DNA from: Pristiophorus japonicus
Lineage: Eukaryota
Reading direction: 5' to 3'
Assembly (NCBI RefSeq): GCF_044704955.1
Contig: NC_091978.1
Coordinates: 373,178,001-373,242,000, forward strand
Length of the DNA: 64,000 nt
The notes under the pieces are model-generated. The model saw only the letters and a program-made list of their open reading frames with translations. It made no database searches and was not told the origin of the DNA. This document shows, piece after piece, positions 46,850 through 60,069 of this stretch (position 1 is the first letter of the stretch; each line of letters opens with the position of its first letter). The position numbers and the translations under genes are program-made.

Positions 46850-48052
46850 ATTCACCCATCACCCCCTGTACTTGCTGACCTACATTGGCTCCCGGCCAGC
46901 AACAAATTCTCATCCTTGTTTTCAAATCCCTCCATGGCCCTTCGCCCCTCTCTATCTCTGTAATCTCCTCCAGCCCCACAACCCCCCGAGATGTCTGCGC
47001 TCCTCTAATTCTGTCCTCCTGACCATCCCTGATAGAAACATAGAAAATAGGTGCAGGAGTAGGCCATTCGGCCCTTCTAGCCTGCACCGCCATTCAATGA
47101 GTTCATGGCTGAACATTCAACTTCAGTACCCCATTCCTGCTTTCTCGCCATACCCCTTGATCCCCCTAGTAGTAAGGACCTCATCTAACTCCTTTTTGAA
47201 TATATTTAGTGAATTGGCCTCAACAACTTTCTGTGGAAGAGAATTCCACAGGTTCACCACTCTCTATGCCTTCAGCTGCCTGGGCCCCAAGCTCTGGAAC
47301 TCCCTCCCTAAACCTCTCCGCCTCTCTATCCTCCTTCTGAGACGCTTTTGGTCACCACCTGTAATTTCTTTTTGTGTTAACTGTATTTTTTCTTGTCTTA
47401 TTATCATCATCATCATCATAGGCAGTCTCTTGAAGCGAGGATGACTTGCTTCCACGCCAAAAAGGCATGTGTTCCCAGGTGTTTCAATGAAGGACCTAAT
47501 ATTCCGGATCCCGAACTACATCCTGAAGGGTGGAAGATACCTGTGGGTGGATTATTTTAACGTGGGGTGACTGTTGCACACCAGCCACCACACGGGCTTG
47601 ACAGAGCGAGGTCTTGGTCCAGTGGCAAGGGTTAACCAGGACAACTGGAGACCAGCTCTGCTGCACGGACCTAGTGCGCTCACATATCGCAGTGTGGGCT
47701 GGGTCCGTGCTGCCCCTGGGCCCTCGCCTCTCCTGGGCCCCGAACTCGCGTCTCTCCTGGGCCCCCGATCACGTCCCTCTACAATCTCTCACCGCTCCTT
47801 CGCCCCGACCTCTCCGCTCCTGCTGTACCTGCCCACGCTCCAATCACCGACCTGGACATTGGTGACGTCACTCTTCGCTGCCGTTGCTCTCCTGCACCAG
47901 CTCGCTCTGTACCTTGCCGTGGTACGCCACCACACTGTCCATGGCCACTTCGGTGGCAGGTCGGGGCACCATGCTTGTCTTATAATACTCCTGTGAAGCA
48001 CCGTGGGATGTTTTACTACGTTGAGGGCGGTATATAAATACAAGTTGTTGTA
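46850..48052 (+). mobile_element. L2 3' end hosting a HER1 tail (47032-47263, minus) and a bipartite RTE (47402-47973)
   Basis: L2 segments are colinear across both insertions. Confidence 0.75.
47402..47973 (-). mobile_element. Bipartite non-autonomous RTE without VNTR expansion; 10-bp TSD CTTGTCTTAT
   Basis: TSD at 47392-47401 and 47974-47983; (CAT)n tail plus RTE 5' region. Confidence 0.82.
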
Positions 48053-49209
48053 ATTTTCCAAATGAACATCCAGAGCAGATGGGAACTGTTTGCTGACATC
48101 AGTACAAATGGGTTGTAAACCTTTGAATGAAGTAACACTGCAGCTAGTTCATTAGCATACACAGAAAAACACTTGGTGACATTTCAATTAATTGAAACGA
48201 CATCATTAGATCTTGCACCGAGTGCACATTATCATTCCTTTCTCAGTATCATACTGGCACATTATATATCACATTACCTGCATCTGATTGGCTTAAATAT
48301 CCTGTTGGTATCAAAGCAACAAATGAATGGCAACTGAATGATGATGAATTGTTTGAAATATTCGGAGCGGAAGGAGGCCGTTCAGCCCCGCGAGCCTGTT
48401 CAGTGAGATCATGGCTGATCTGTATCTTAACCCCATTGACCCGCCTTGGTTCTGTAACCCCCAATACCCCTATCCAACACAAATCTCAGATTTGAAATTT
48501 GCAATTAACCCCCCCCCCCAGCCTCAGCAGCTTTTTGGGGGAGAGAGTCCCAGATTCCCAGCACCCTTTGTGTGAAGAAGTGCTGCCTGACATCACCCTT
48601 GAACAGCCTGGCTCTAATTTTAGGGTGGCGCGCCCTTGTTCTGGACTCCCCCCATGACTGGGGGTGGAATCTCCCAATGAACATGCCGGGATAATGGGGG
48701 TAGTGATTGTGGTACCCGCTCAGCGGACTGGTGGTTCCGCGCAGGACACTCACGGGGACAAACCGCGGAGAGGTGAACATCTGAATGTCTCTCGTACCAA
48801 ACAACAATTAGCGGGGACATTACACGCTTATCATTACAGAAAGGCGCTCTGTGTTGTGGGCAAATACCTGTTTGTGATTGGCTGCGCTGCAGGTGAAGCT
48901 ACTGTGTTTTTTCATGGTGATGTCTGTGAGTGATTTTAGGCGGCAGAAGACAAGCGGTCCATTCTAAACCCCCCCAGCAGCATCGGTCACTGCTTGAAGA
49001 ATCGCTGTCGCTCGGGGCTGCAAGGTTCTTGTGCGAAATGAACTCGTGCAGAGCTGAACGAACCACTCGTTGTAGTAAAGACACAATTGCACTCGGAGAA
49101 ACCACAAGACTGATCAAAGCTGGGAAATAAATGGTGCTGCAGTGTGACTGAGGATGAAGATAAGGCCCATTGGTTAGTCTGTAAAGGGAGCTTTACTCTC
49201 TATTTCTGC

Positions 49210-49492
49210 TTCTCCAATTCTGCCCTCCTGACCATCCCCGATTTCAATCGCTCCACCATCAGCGGCAGTGCCTTCAGCTCGGCCCCAAGCTCTGGATCTC
49301 CCTCCCTGAACCTCACCACCTCTCTGTCCTTTAAGACGCCCCTTAAAACCGACCTCTTTGACAAAGCACCTGGTCACCTGACCTAATATCTCCTTTATGT
49401 GGCTCGGTGTTAAACTTAGTGTGATAATCGCACCTGTGAAGCACCTTGGGACGTTTTACTGCGCGAAAGGCGCTATATAAAGGCAGGTTGTT
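49210..49492 (+). mobile_element. L2 3' end
   Basis: ccccaagctctgg...gaaaggcgctatataaa. Confidence 0.78.
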
Positions 49493-49644
49493 AGTGAGCG
49501 GCCTTCTGGTCGTTGAAAGGTCTTCCTGTTTGTCTCTGAGTCTGTACGATGATGGTCAGAAAAGCGGGGTTTGCAAACCATGCGTGTTGCTGTTGTCGAG
49601 TATAGCGACTGCCTGACTGCCCGCTGGTCAAAGACAAAAAGCCA

Positions 49645-52075
49645 GCGAGCAAGGTGTGAGCGAGGTGTGAGCGAGTTGTGAGCAAGGTGTGAGCGAGGTG
49701 TGAACGAGTTGTGAGCAAGGTGTGAACGAGGTGTGAGCAAGGTGTGAACGAGGTGTGAACGAGTTGTGAGCAAGGTGTGAACGAGGTGTGAACGAGTTGT
49801 GAGCAAGGTGTGAGCGAGGTGTGAACGAGGTGTGAGCGAGGTGTGAACGAGTTGTGAGCAAGGTGTGAGCGAGGTGTGAACGAGGTGTGAACGAGGTGTG
49901 AGCGAGTTGTGAGCGAGTTGTGAACGAGTTGTGAGCAAGGTGTGAGCGAGGTGTGAACGAGTTGTGAGCAAGGTGTGAACGAGGTGTGAACGAGGTGTGA
50001 GCGAGGTGTGAACGAGTTGTGAGCGAGGTGTGAGCGAGGTGTGAGCGAGGTGTGAACGAGTTGTGAGCGAGGTGTGAGCGAGGTGTGAACGAGGTGTGAG
50101 CGAGGTGTGAACGAGGTGTGAGCAAGGTGTGAGCGAGGTGTGAGCGAGGTGTGAACGAGTTGTGAGCAAGGTGTGAGCGAGGTGTGAACGAGTTGTGAGC
50201 GAGGTGTGAACGAGGTGTGAACGAGTTGTGAGCGAGGTGTGAACGAGTTGTGAGCAAGGTGTGAGCGAGGTGTGAACGAGTTGTGAGCGAGGTGTGAACG
50301 AGGTGTGAACGAGTTGTGAGCGAGGTGTGAACGAGGTGTGAACGAGGTGTGAGCGAGTTGTGAGCGAGGTGTGAGCGAGGTGTGAGCGAGGTGTGAGCGA
50401 GGTGTGAACGAGGTGTGAGCGAGGTGTGAACGAGGTGTGAGCGAGGTGTGAACGAGTTGTGAGCAAGGTGTGAGCGAGGTGTGAGCGAGGTGTGAACGAG
50501 TTGTGAGCAAGGTGTGAGCGAGGTGTGAGCGAGGTGTGAACGAGTTGTGAGCGAGGTGTGAACGAGGTGTGAACGAGTTGTGAGCAAGGTGTGAACGAGT
50601 TGTGAGCAAGGTGTGAGCGAGGTGTGAACGAGGTGTGAACGAGTTGTGAACGAGTTGTGAGCGAGGTGTGAACGAGGTGTGAACGAGTTGTGAACGAGTT
50701 GTGAGCGAGTTGTGAGCAAGGTGTGAACGAGTTGTGAGCGAGGTGTGAACGAGTTGTGAGCAAGGTGTGAGCGAGGTGTGAACGAGTTGTGAGCGAGGTG
50801 TGAACGAGTTGTGAGCAAGGTGTGAGCGAGGTGTGAACGAGGTGTGAACGAGGTGTGAACGAGTTGTGAGCAAGGTGTGAGCGAGGTGTGAACGAGTTGT
50901 GAACGAGTTGTGAGCGAGGTGTGAACGAGTTGTGAGCAAGGTGTGAGCGAGGTGTGAACGAGTTGTGAACGAGGTGTGAGCGAGTTGTGAGCGAGGTGTG
51001 AGCGAGTTGTGAGCGAGGTGTGAACGAGTTGTGAGCAAGGTGTGAGCGAGGTGTGAGCGAGGTGTGAACGAGTTGTGAGCAAGGTGTGAGCGAGGTGTGA
51101 GCGAGGTGTGAGCGAGGTGTGAACGAGTTGTGAGCGAGGTGTGAACGAGTTGTGAGCAAGGTGTGAGCGAGGTGTGAACGAGTTGTGAGCAAGGTGTGAG
51201 CGAGGTGTGAACGAGGTGTGAACGAGTTGTGAGCGAGGTGTGAACGAGGTGTGAGCGAGTTGTGAGCAAGGTGTGAACGAGGTGTGAACGAGTTGTGAGC
51301 GAGGTGTGAACGAGTTGTGAGCAAGGTGTGAGCGAGTTGTGAGCGAGGTGTGAACGAGTTGTGAGCAAGGTGTGAGCGAGGTGTGAACGAGTTGTGAGCA
51401 AGGTGTGAGCGAGGTGTGAACGAGTTGTGAGCAAGGTGTGAGCGAGTTGTGAGCAAGGTGTGAGCGAGGTGTGAACGAGGTGTGAACGAGGTGTGAACGA
51501 GTTGTGAGCAAGGTGTGAGCGAGTTGTGAGCGAGTTGTGAACGAGTTGTGAGCGAGGTGTGAACGAGTTGTGAGCAAGGTGTGAGCGAGGTGTGAACGAG
51601 TTGTGAGCGAGGTGTGAGCGAGGTGTGAACGAGTTGTGAGCGAGGTGTGAACGAGTTGTGAGCGAGTTGTGAACGAGGTGTGAACGAGTTGTGAGCGAGG
51701 TGTGAGCGAGGTGTGAACGAGTTGTGAACGAGTTGTGAGCAAGGTGTGAGCGAGGTGTGAACGAGGTGTGAGCGAGTTGTGAGCGAGTTGTGAGCAAGGT
51801 GTGAGCGAGGTGTGAACGAGTTGTGAGCGAGTTGTGAACGAGTTGTGAGCAAGTTGTGAGCGAGTTGTGAGCGAGTTGTGAACGAGTTGTGAGCAAGGTG
51901 TGAGCGAGGTGTGAGCGAGTTGTGAGCGAGTTGTGAGCAAGGTGTGAACGAGTTGTGAGCAAGGTGTGAACGAGGTGTGAGCGAGTTGTGAACGAGTTGT
52001 GAGCAAGGTGTGAGCGAGGTGTGAGCAAGGTGTGAACGAGTTGTGAGCGAGTTGTGAGCAAGGTGTGAGCGAGTG
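49645..52075. repeat. 2.4-kb 11-bp minisatellite, (K)TGTGA(R)C(R)AG, about 220 units with three binary variant sites
   Basis: Direct inspection. Confidence 0.97.
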
Positions 52076-52404
52076 TGAAATGGATGGTGGGCAGTTTCTC
52101 TCATCAGTTAACCAGCTGCTTGCTCATTGAGCCTACTTTGGTGATGGAGTAAAGATGCTGCAGTATTTTCTAATTGTGCATTTTGTGCACACTAAGAGGT
52201 ATAAGACGGGCAATGAGTCGCTCCACTTTGGGCACCAGTGAGAGCATTGAGCCCTTCCCGTGGGTCAGGTACAAAAACATGCTCGACCAATCTCACTGCA
52301 CTCGAGCTATTTTTCCCATCCCAGCTATATTTATGCCCTTGAGAAGTGAGACGACTGATGCAGTGAGACTTGTTGCCGGTTGCAGCTATCTTCCGATTCA
52401 TGAT

Positions 52405-53265
52405 ATAGGAAACGCGGCAGTCAATTTGCGCACAGCAAGCTCCCAAAAACAACAATGTGATAATGACCAGATAATTTGTTTTAGTGATGTTGCTTCAGAG
52501 ATAAATATTGGCCAGGACACCGAGAAAAATCCCTTGCTCTTCTCCGAAATAGTGCCTAGGAAAATGTCACATCCACCTGATGGGGCCTCGGTTTAACGTC
52601 TCTTGGAAAAACGGCACATCCGACAGTGCGGCACTCCCTCAGTACTGCCCCTCCGACAGTGCGGCGCTCCCTCAGTACTGCCCCTCCGACAGTGCGGCAC
52701 TCCCTCAGTACTGCCCCTCCAACAGTGCGGCACTCCCTCAGTACTGCCCCTCCCACAGTGCAGCAGAAGCTCCCTCAGTACTGCCCCTCCGACAGTACAG
52801 CACTCCCTCAGTACTGCCCCTCCGACAGTGCGGCGCTCCCTCAGTACTGCCCCTCCGACAGTGCAGCAGAAGCTCCCTCAGTACTGCCCCTCCGACAGTG
52901 CGCCGCTCCCTCAGTACTGCCCCTCCGACAGTGCGCCGCTCCCTCAGTACTGCCCTTCCGACAGTGCACCGCTCCCTCAGTACTGCCCCTCCGACAGTGC
53001 GGCACTCCCTCAGTACTGCCCCTCCGACAGTGCGGCGCTCCCTCAGTACTGCCCCTCCGACAGTGCGGCGCTCCCTCAGTACTGCCCCTCCGACAGTGCG
53101 GCGCTCCCTCAGTACTGCCCCTCCGACAGTGCGGCGCTCCCTCAGTACTGCCCCTCCGACAGTGCGGCGCTCCCTCAGTACTGCCCCTCCGACAGTGCGG
53201 CGCTCCCTCAGTACTGCACTGAGAGTGTGAGCCTGGATTATGTGCTCAAGTCTCTGGAGTGGAAG
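52405..53265 (-). mobile_element. Partial Deu-SINE with VNTR (52619-53220, about 18 units)
   Basis: Deu core plus array; includes 36-bp variant units containing gcagcagaagctcc. Confidence 0.85.
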
Positions 53266-53769
53266 ATTTTCAAGGCTCTGGAGTCAAAAGCAGGTCTCTG
53301 TTGTGAAAGGCGAATTTGACGCCCAAAGACCTTAACGGACAGATAATGGTGCAGGCTGCACATCAGATGTGCAGAATTCCCGAGACCCTGTTTCCACGTG
53401 CGATTCTCAGCAATAGTGCAAGTAGCATAATAATGGAGGAAGCATTATTTTCCTGTGAGTTAAAGTGGAATAGTGCTCAGAAAAGAAGAATGCAACAAGA
53501 GATGAAATTTCGTGATCCTCCTCCCTGCATCAATTCTTCATCGCGCGGCCTGGAAGGCGCCTCCTGTCTTCAGTTAATGGGGTTAAGGAAACTGGATCGT
53601 TGTTGACCTGCCCGGGCAGCAGGTTTGGGAGCTCGGGATCAGGGTTGTGAAGAGATGTCGGGAAATATTTTCCTTACACCGAGGGTGATCAGTTGCGGGA
53701 ACAGATTACTAGGGGAAACGTTTGAGGGGATTTATTTATGAAGCAAATGGGGAGTTGGGTTGGTTTGAA

Positions 53770-56575
53770 ACACACAAGATTGTGAGGGGGCTTGGCAGGG
53801 TAGATGCAGGGAGGATGTTTCCCCCGGGCTGGGGAGTCTAGAACCAGGGGTCACAGTCTCAGGATAAGGGCTCGGCCATTTACATAAGAACATAACAACA
53901 TAAGAAATAGGAGCAGGAGTTGGCCATATGGCCCCTCAAGCCTGCTCCGCCATTTAATACAATCGTGGCTGATCCGATCATAAACTCAGCTCCACTTCCC
54001 TGCCCGCTCCCCATAACCCCTTATTCCCCTATCGTTTAAGAAACTGTCTATTTCTGTCTTAAATTTATTCAATGACCCAGCCTCCACAGCTCTCTGAGGC
54101 AGCAAATTCCACAGATTTACAACCCTCTGAGAGAAAAAATTCCTCCTCATCTCAGTTTTAAATAGGCGGCCCCTTATTCTAAGATCATGCCCCCTAGTCC
54201 TAGTCTCCCCCATCAGTGGAAACATCCTCTCTGCATTCACCTTGTCGAGCCCCCTCATAATCTTATACATTTCGATAAGATCACCTCTCATTCTTCTGAA
54301 CTCCAATGAGTAGAGGCCCAACCTACTCAACCTTTCCTCATAAGTCAACCCCCTCATCCCCGGAATCAACCGAGTGAACCTTCTCTGAACTGCCTCCAAA
54401 GCAAGTATATCCTTTCGTAAATATGGAAACCAAAACTGTACGCACTATTCCAAGTGCATTGACAGTCATTTTCCAACATTCCATACACTCTGGATCAGTT
54501 CCTATCGAGTGGAGGGTAGCCAATGTAACCCCACTTTTTAAAAAAGGAGGGAGAGGGAAAACAGGGAATTATAGACCGGTCAGCCTGACATCGGTAGTGA
54601 GTAAAATGATGGAATCAATTATTAAGGATGTCATAGCAGCGCATTTGGAAAGAGGTGACATGATAGGTCCAAGTCAGCATGGATTTGTGAAAGGGAAATC
54701 ATGCTTGACAAATCTTCTGGAATTTTTTGAGGATGTTTCCAGTAGAGTGGACAAGGGAGAACCAGTTGATGTGGTATATTTGGACTTTCAGAAGGCTTTC
54801 GACAAGGTCCCACACAAGAGATTAATGTGCAAAGTTAAAGCACATGGGATTGGGGGTAGTGTGCTGACATGGATTGAGAACTGGTTGTCAGACAGGAAGC
54901 AAAGAGTAGGAGTAAATGGGGACTTTTCAGAATGGCAGGCAGTGACTAGTGGGGTACCACAAGGTTCTGTGCTGGGGCCCCAGCTGTTTACATTGTACAT
55001 TAATGATTTAGACGAAGGGATTAAATGTAGTATCTCCAAATTTGCAGATGACACTAAGTTGGGTGGCAGTGTGAGCTGCGAGGAGGATGCTATGAGGCTG
55101 CAGAGTAACTTGGATAGGTTAGGTGAGTGGGCAAATGCATGACAAATGAAGTATAATGTGAATAAATGTGAGGTTATCCACTTTGGTGGTAAAAACAGAG
55201 AGACAGACTATTATCTGAATGGTGATAGATTAGGAAAAGGGGAGGTGCAATGAGACCTGGATGTCATGGTACATCAGTCATTGAAAGTTGGCATGCAGGT
55301 ACAGCAGGCGGTTAAGAAAGCAAATGGCATGATGCCCTTCATAGCGAGGGGATTTGAGTACAGGGGCAGGGAGGTGTTACTACAGTTGTACAGGGCCTTG
55401 GTGAGGCCACACCTGGAGTATTGTGTACAGTTTTGGTCTCCTAACTTGAGGAAGGACATTCTTGCTATTGAGGGAGTGCAGCGAAGGTTCACCAGACTAA
55501 TTCCCGGGATGGCGGGACTGACATATCAAGAAAGACTGGATCAACTGGGCTTGTATTCACTGGAGTTCAGAAGAATGAGGGGGGGAATCTCATAGAAACG
55601 TTTAACATTCTGACGGGTTTAGACAGGTTAGATGCAGGAAGAATGTTCCCAATGTTGGGGAAGTCCAGAACCAGGGGTCACAGTCTAAGGATAAGGGGTA
55701 AGCCATTTAGGACCGAGATGAGGAGAAACATCTTCACCCAGAGAGTGGTGAACCTGTGGAATTCTCTACCACAGGAAGTTGTTGAGGCCAATTCACTAAA
55801 TATATTAAAAAGGAGTTAGATGAAGTCCTTACTACTCGGGGGATCAAGGGGTATGGCGAGAAAGCAGGAATGGGGTACTGAAGTTGCATGTTCAGCCATG
55901 AACTCATTGAATGGCGGTGTAGGCTCGAAGGGCCGAATGGCCTGCTCCTGCACCTATTTTCTATGTTTCTATGTGTGGCCTCACCAATACTCTGTATAAC
56001 TGTAGCAAGACTTCCCTGCTTTTATACTCCATCCCCTTTGCAATAAAGGCCAAGATTCCATTGGCCTTCCTGATCACTTTCTGTACCTGCATACTAACCT
56101 TTTGTGTTTCATGCACAAGTACCCCCAGGTCCCGCTGTACTGAAGCACTTTGCAATCTTTCTCCATTTAAATAATAACTTGCTCTTTGACTTTTTCTGCT
56201 AAAGTGCATGACCTCACACGTTCCAACATTATACTCCATCTGCCAAATTTTTGCCCACTCACTTAACCTGTCTATGTCCTTTTGTAGTTTGCTCCTCACA
56301 CATTGCTTTTCCTCCCATCTTTGTATCTTGGCTACTTAGGCTATTTAGGACTGAGATGAGGAGGAATTTCTTCACTCAGAGGGCTGTGGAGGCTCAGTCT
56401 TTGAGTATATTCAAGGCTGAGATCGATAGAATTTTGGATTCTAGGGGAATCGAGGGATATGGGGATCGGGCGGGTAAGCGGAGTTGAGGTCGAAGATCAG
56501 CCGTGATCTTATTGAATGGCGGAGCAGGCTCAAGGGGCCGAATGGCCGACTCCTGCTTGCAACTCTTGGGTTCTT
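53770..56575. mobile_element. Three-level nested CR1 LINEs: outer + (53770-53882, 56340-56575), middle - (53883-54448, 55973-56330), inner HER1-like + (54449-55972)
   Basis: Each host is colinear across its insertion; the inner copy has [13 protein letters not shown]. Confidence 0.85.
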
Positions 56576-56658
56576 GTATTCCGAGAGGATGAGCTGAAAT
56601 GGACCTGATGATGTGATGGTGTTATTGCTCAGTAATAGAATTCTCTCTTTCTGTTTAG

Positions 56659-56810
56659 ATATGTAACTACGTCGGGCAAGCGAAGATTGTTGTTCAGTTG
56701 GTGACGTTTGGCAAAGAGACCGTCCATCTCCATGCCCACAGTCTCGTGGGCAAACAGTGTGAAAAAGGAATATGTTTAGTACAACTGGGACCAAAGGAAA
56801 TGATTTCAAC
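56659..56810 (+). CDS. NFKB1: NFKB1 exon (human exon 6 equivalent); [50 protein letters not shown]
   Basis: ttctctctttctgtttag|ATA...TCA AC|gtaagt; 152 nt, phase 0 to 2; LHAHSLVGK motif. Confidence 0.97.
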
Positions 56811-57779
56811 GTAAGTGAACGTGTCCCCATCAGAATGTTCAAAACAAATAATCCGACTTTAAAGATATTCTCTCTCACTGCGAGTGTCATCGCGTGTTTG
56901 AACTTTGAAGGTTTTTTAGTTACATTAACGAGATGGTCTTGCCAAGAAAATACCCCTCGATGCTTGCTTATACACAGCCTCCCTAACCCCCAGTAATCCT
57001 GACCCCAGGGGGAGCCAAACACCCCAGGTCTAACTTCAGGCTAAACTCTGAGACATTCTCCTTGCCTTTTCCGGATAATTGAGCGAGCTTTGAGCTTGGT
57101 AAGCCATGGCATGTCACCAGGACTGGAAAAAACCATTTCATCCCATTGGGCTGGCCTCAATGGTCGCACACTTCATATCTCACTTTCTCTCCTGTACATT
57201 CTAGAGTGCTACCTGTCTCGCGTATATCCATCAGCCATTCAAAATTTATAGCATCCTCCCGAGGTAGGCTATTCTACATATTCATCCCGCTCACAGAATC
57301 TCACAGCACAGGAGGAGGCCATTGAGCCCATCGTGCCCGTGACAGAACGATCCAATCAGTCCCCTTTCCCCGGAGCCCTGTGAATTTTTCCTTCAGGGAC
57401 TTATCCAACTCCCTTTTGAAAGCCACGATTGAGTCTGCCTCCACCACCCTCTCAGGCAGCGCATTCCAGATCCTAACCACTCGCTGCGTAAAAACGTTTT
57501 CCCTCATATCGACTTTGGTTCTTCTGTCAATCGCCTTAAATCTGTGTCCTCTGGTTCCCGACCCTTCCACCAATGGGAACAGTTTCTCTCGATACCGCTA
57601 TCAAATCTCCTCAACCTTCTCTGCTCTAACAGCCGTAGATTCTCTGAGGAACTTGAATTGAGGACTCTGAAAATGATGATGGTTATTGGGCAGAGGTCGG
57701 GCATCTGGCCCAACGAAACAGCAACTGGTTGCGTGAAGAGCCATTGCTCGGAAATTAATGGTGTTTATTCCTCCTCCAG

Positions 57780-57943
57780 ATTTCCAAACCTCGGTATCCT
57801 CCACGTGACCAAGAAGAACGTTGCCAACACACTTGAGCAGAGAATGAGTCAGGCTTATGTGCTGGGTTATAATAATGGAGTGGTGATACACCCAGAATTA
57901 AATCATCGACACAGCGAGAATTACACTCATAGGGAACTCACAG
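57780..57943 (+). CDS. NFKB1: NFKB1 exon (human exon 7 equivalent); FPNLGILHVTKKNVANTLEQRM...RELT, includes the long p50-type insert
   Basis: cctcctccag|A TTT...ACA G|gtcagt; 164 nt, phase 2 to 1; NLGILHVTKK motif. Confidence 0.97.
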
Positions 57944-58219
57944 GTCAGTTGCAATTAACGTGTGTGGTATCTCCCGTTAACTTGATCTTTGGATAAAGGT
58001 TCACTTGCAGTCGGAAGGAAGAGAGTCTAACGAGACCATTGGCTCCTAAGTGATGTACTATATTTTCCATTTTCAAATATAGCAGAAGAATTTAAAGATA
58101 ATTGGTCAAATAGCCAGAGGGGGAAGATGAGGAGAATGTTGCGTTTGACGCAGTGAGTGAGGAAAAAACCTGGCTCTTAATTTCCGAGGGAGATTTGTGA
58201 CCCGTACAATTAAAAAATA

Positions 58220-59160
58220 AATACTTGCATTTATATAGCACCTTTCACAACCCCAGGACATCTCATAGCGCTTTACAATCAATGAAGTACTTTGTGAAGC
58301 ATAGTCACTGTTGTAATGTGGGAAACATTGCTCTCACACAGCAATGAGATAATGATCAGATAATCTGGTTTTAGTGATCTTGGTTGAGGGATAAATATTG
58401 GCCCCAGAACACCAGGGATAATTCCCCTGCTCTTCTTCGAAATAGTGCCATGGGATCTTTTACATCCACTTGAGAGAGCAGATGGGGCCTCGGTTTAACG
58501 TCTCATCCGAAAGATGGCACCTCCGACAGTGCGGCACTCCCTCAGTACTGCCCCTCCGACAGTGCGGCACTTCCTCAGTACTGCCCCTCCGACAGTGCGG
58601 CGCTCCTTCAGTACTGCCCCTCCGACAGTGCGGCTCTCCCTCAGCACTGCCCCTCCGACAGTGCGGCTCTCCCTCAGCACTGCCCCTCCGACAGTGCGGC
58701 ACTCCCTCAGTACTGCCCCTCCGACGGTGCGGCGCTCCCTCAGTGCTGCCCCTCCGACAGTGCGGCACTCCCTCAGTACTGCCCCTCCGACGGTGCGGCG
58801 CTCCCTCAGTACTGCCCCTCCGACAGTGCGGCTCTCCCTCAGTACTGCCCCTCCGACAGTGCGGCACTCCCTCAGTACTGCCCCTCCGACAGTGCGGCAC
58901 TCCCTCAGTACTGCCCCTCCGACAGTGCGGCGCTCTCTCAGTACTGCCCCTCCGACAGTGCGGTGCTCCCTCAGTACTGCCCCTCCGACAGTGCGGCTCT
59001 CCCTCAGTACTGCCCCTCCGACAGTGCGGCTCTCCCTCAGCACTGCACTGGGAGTGTCAGCCTAGATTTTTCTGCTCGAAGCTCTGGAGTGGGACTTGAA
59101 CCCACAATCTTCTGACTCCGAGGCGAGGGTGCTGCCCACTGAGCCACGACTGACCCTGAC
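58220..59160 (-). mobile_element. Full-length Deu-SINE with VNTR (58519-59046, about 16 units) in intron 7
   Basis: Head, core and tail present. Confidence 0.85.
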
Positions 59161-59329
59161 TCAAGTAACAACAACTTGCCCTGCTCTAACTCTGGCCTCG
59201 TGTGTAATGCAGAATTTTGTCGCTCCACCATTAGATATTACAAAAGTACTTCATTGGGACGTTTGGTGGTTGTGAAAGGCGCTATAGAAATGCAAGTCTT
59301 TTTATTGGCTCCTGGTTTCGCAGCACCTC

Positions 59330-59712
59330 AAATTTAAATTTCTCATCCTTGTTTTCAAATCCCTCTCTAACTCTGTAATCTCCTCCAGCCCTGCAACTTC
59401 TGCAATCTTTGCGTTTCGCTAATTCTGCCCTCTTGACCATCCCCCGATTTCCATCGCTCCGCCATCGGTGGCCGTGTCTTCTGTTGCCTGGGCCCCAAGC
59501 TCTGGAACTCCCTCCCTAAACCTCTCCGCCTCTCTCCCCTCCTTGAAGACGCTCCTTAAAACTGGCCTCTTAGACCAAGCTTCTGGTCGCCTTCCCGAAT
59601 ATCTCCTTATGTGGCTCGGTGTGAAATGTTTGTTTGATAATGACTCCTGTGAAAGCGCCTTGGGACGTTTTACTGCATTGAAGGCGCTGTATCAATGCAA
59701 GTTGTTGTTGTA
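59330..59712 (+). mobile_element. L2 3' end
   Basis: Same family as 15615-16340. Confidence 0.78.
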
Positions 59713-59811
59713 GCCCATCACTGAAATTGGTGGCTGAGTTGCTGGTGGTGTAACTCTGTGTCCCCTTGCACGAGATTGGTAATGACGCAGGATCGCGATA
59801 CTTGTTTGCAG

Positions 59812-59970
59812 AGCGGGAAAAGGAATTAATCCACCAGGCGTCAATACAACAGGCGAAAGAAATGGATCTGAGTGTGGTGCGTCTAATGTTCACGGCCCTC
59901 CTGCCTGACAGTAGCTGCCGCTTCACCCGGAAACTGGAACCCGTCATTTCCGATCCCATCTTTGACAGCA
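59812..59970 (+). CDS. NFKB1: NFKB1 exon (human exon 8 equivalent); (E)[52 protein letters not shown]. The gene continues beyond the window.
   Basis: gtttgcag|AG CGG...AGC A|gtgagt; 159 nt; [12 protein letters not shown] motif. Confidence 0.97.
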
Positions 59971-60069
59971 GTGAGTTAAACTCTCTCAATGCACACGCGG
60001 TCAATGAATGAGAATGTTCAGCTTTTGTTTATCTGCTTCTTTCAGAGGGTTTGGTTTTTGTTCGATACA

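Noticed and set aside
49456-52104. Three overlapping 790-880 aa minus-strand ORFs (His/Thr/Ser-rich)
   Set aside because: They are read-through of an 11-bp repeat whose minus strand lacks stops. The same peptide appears in all frames, with no unique domain.
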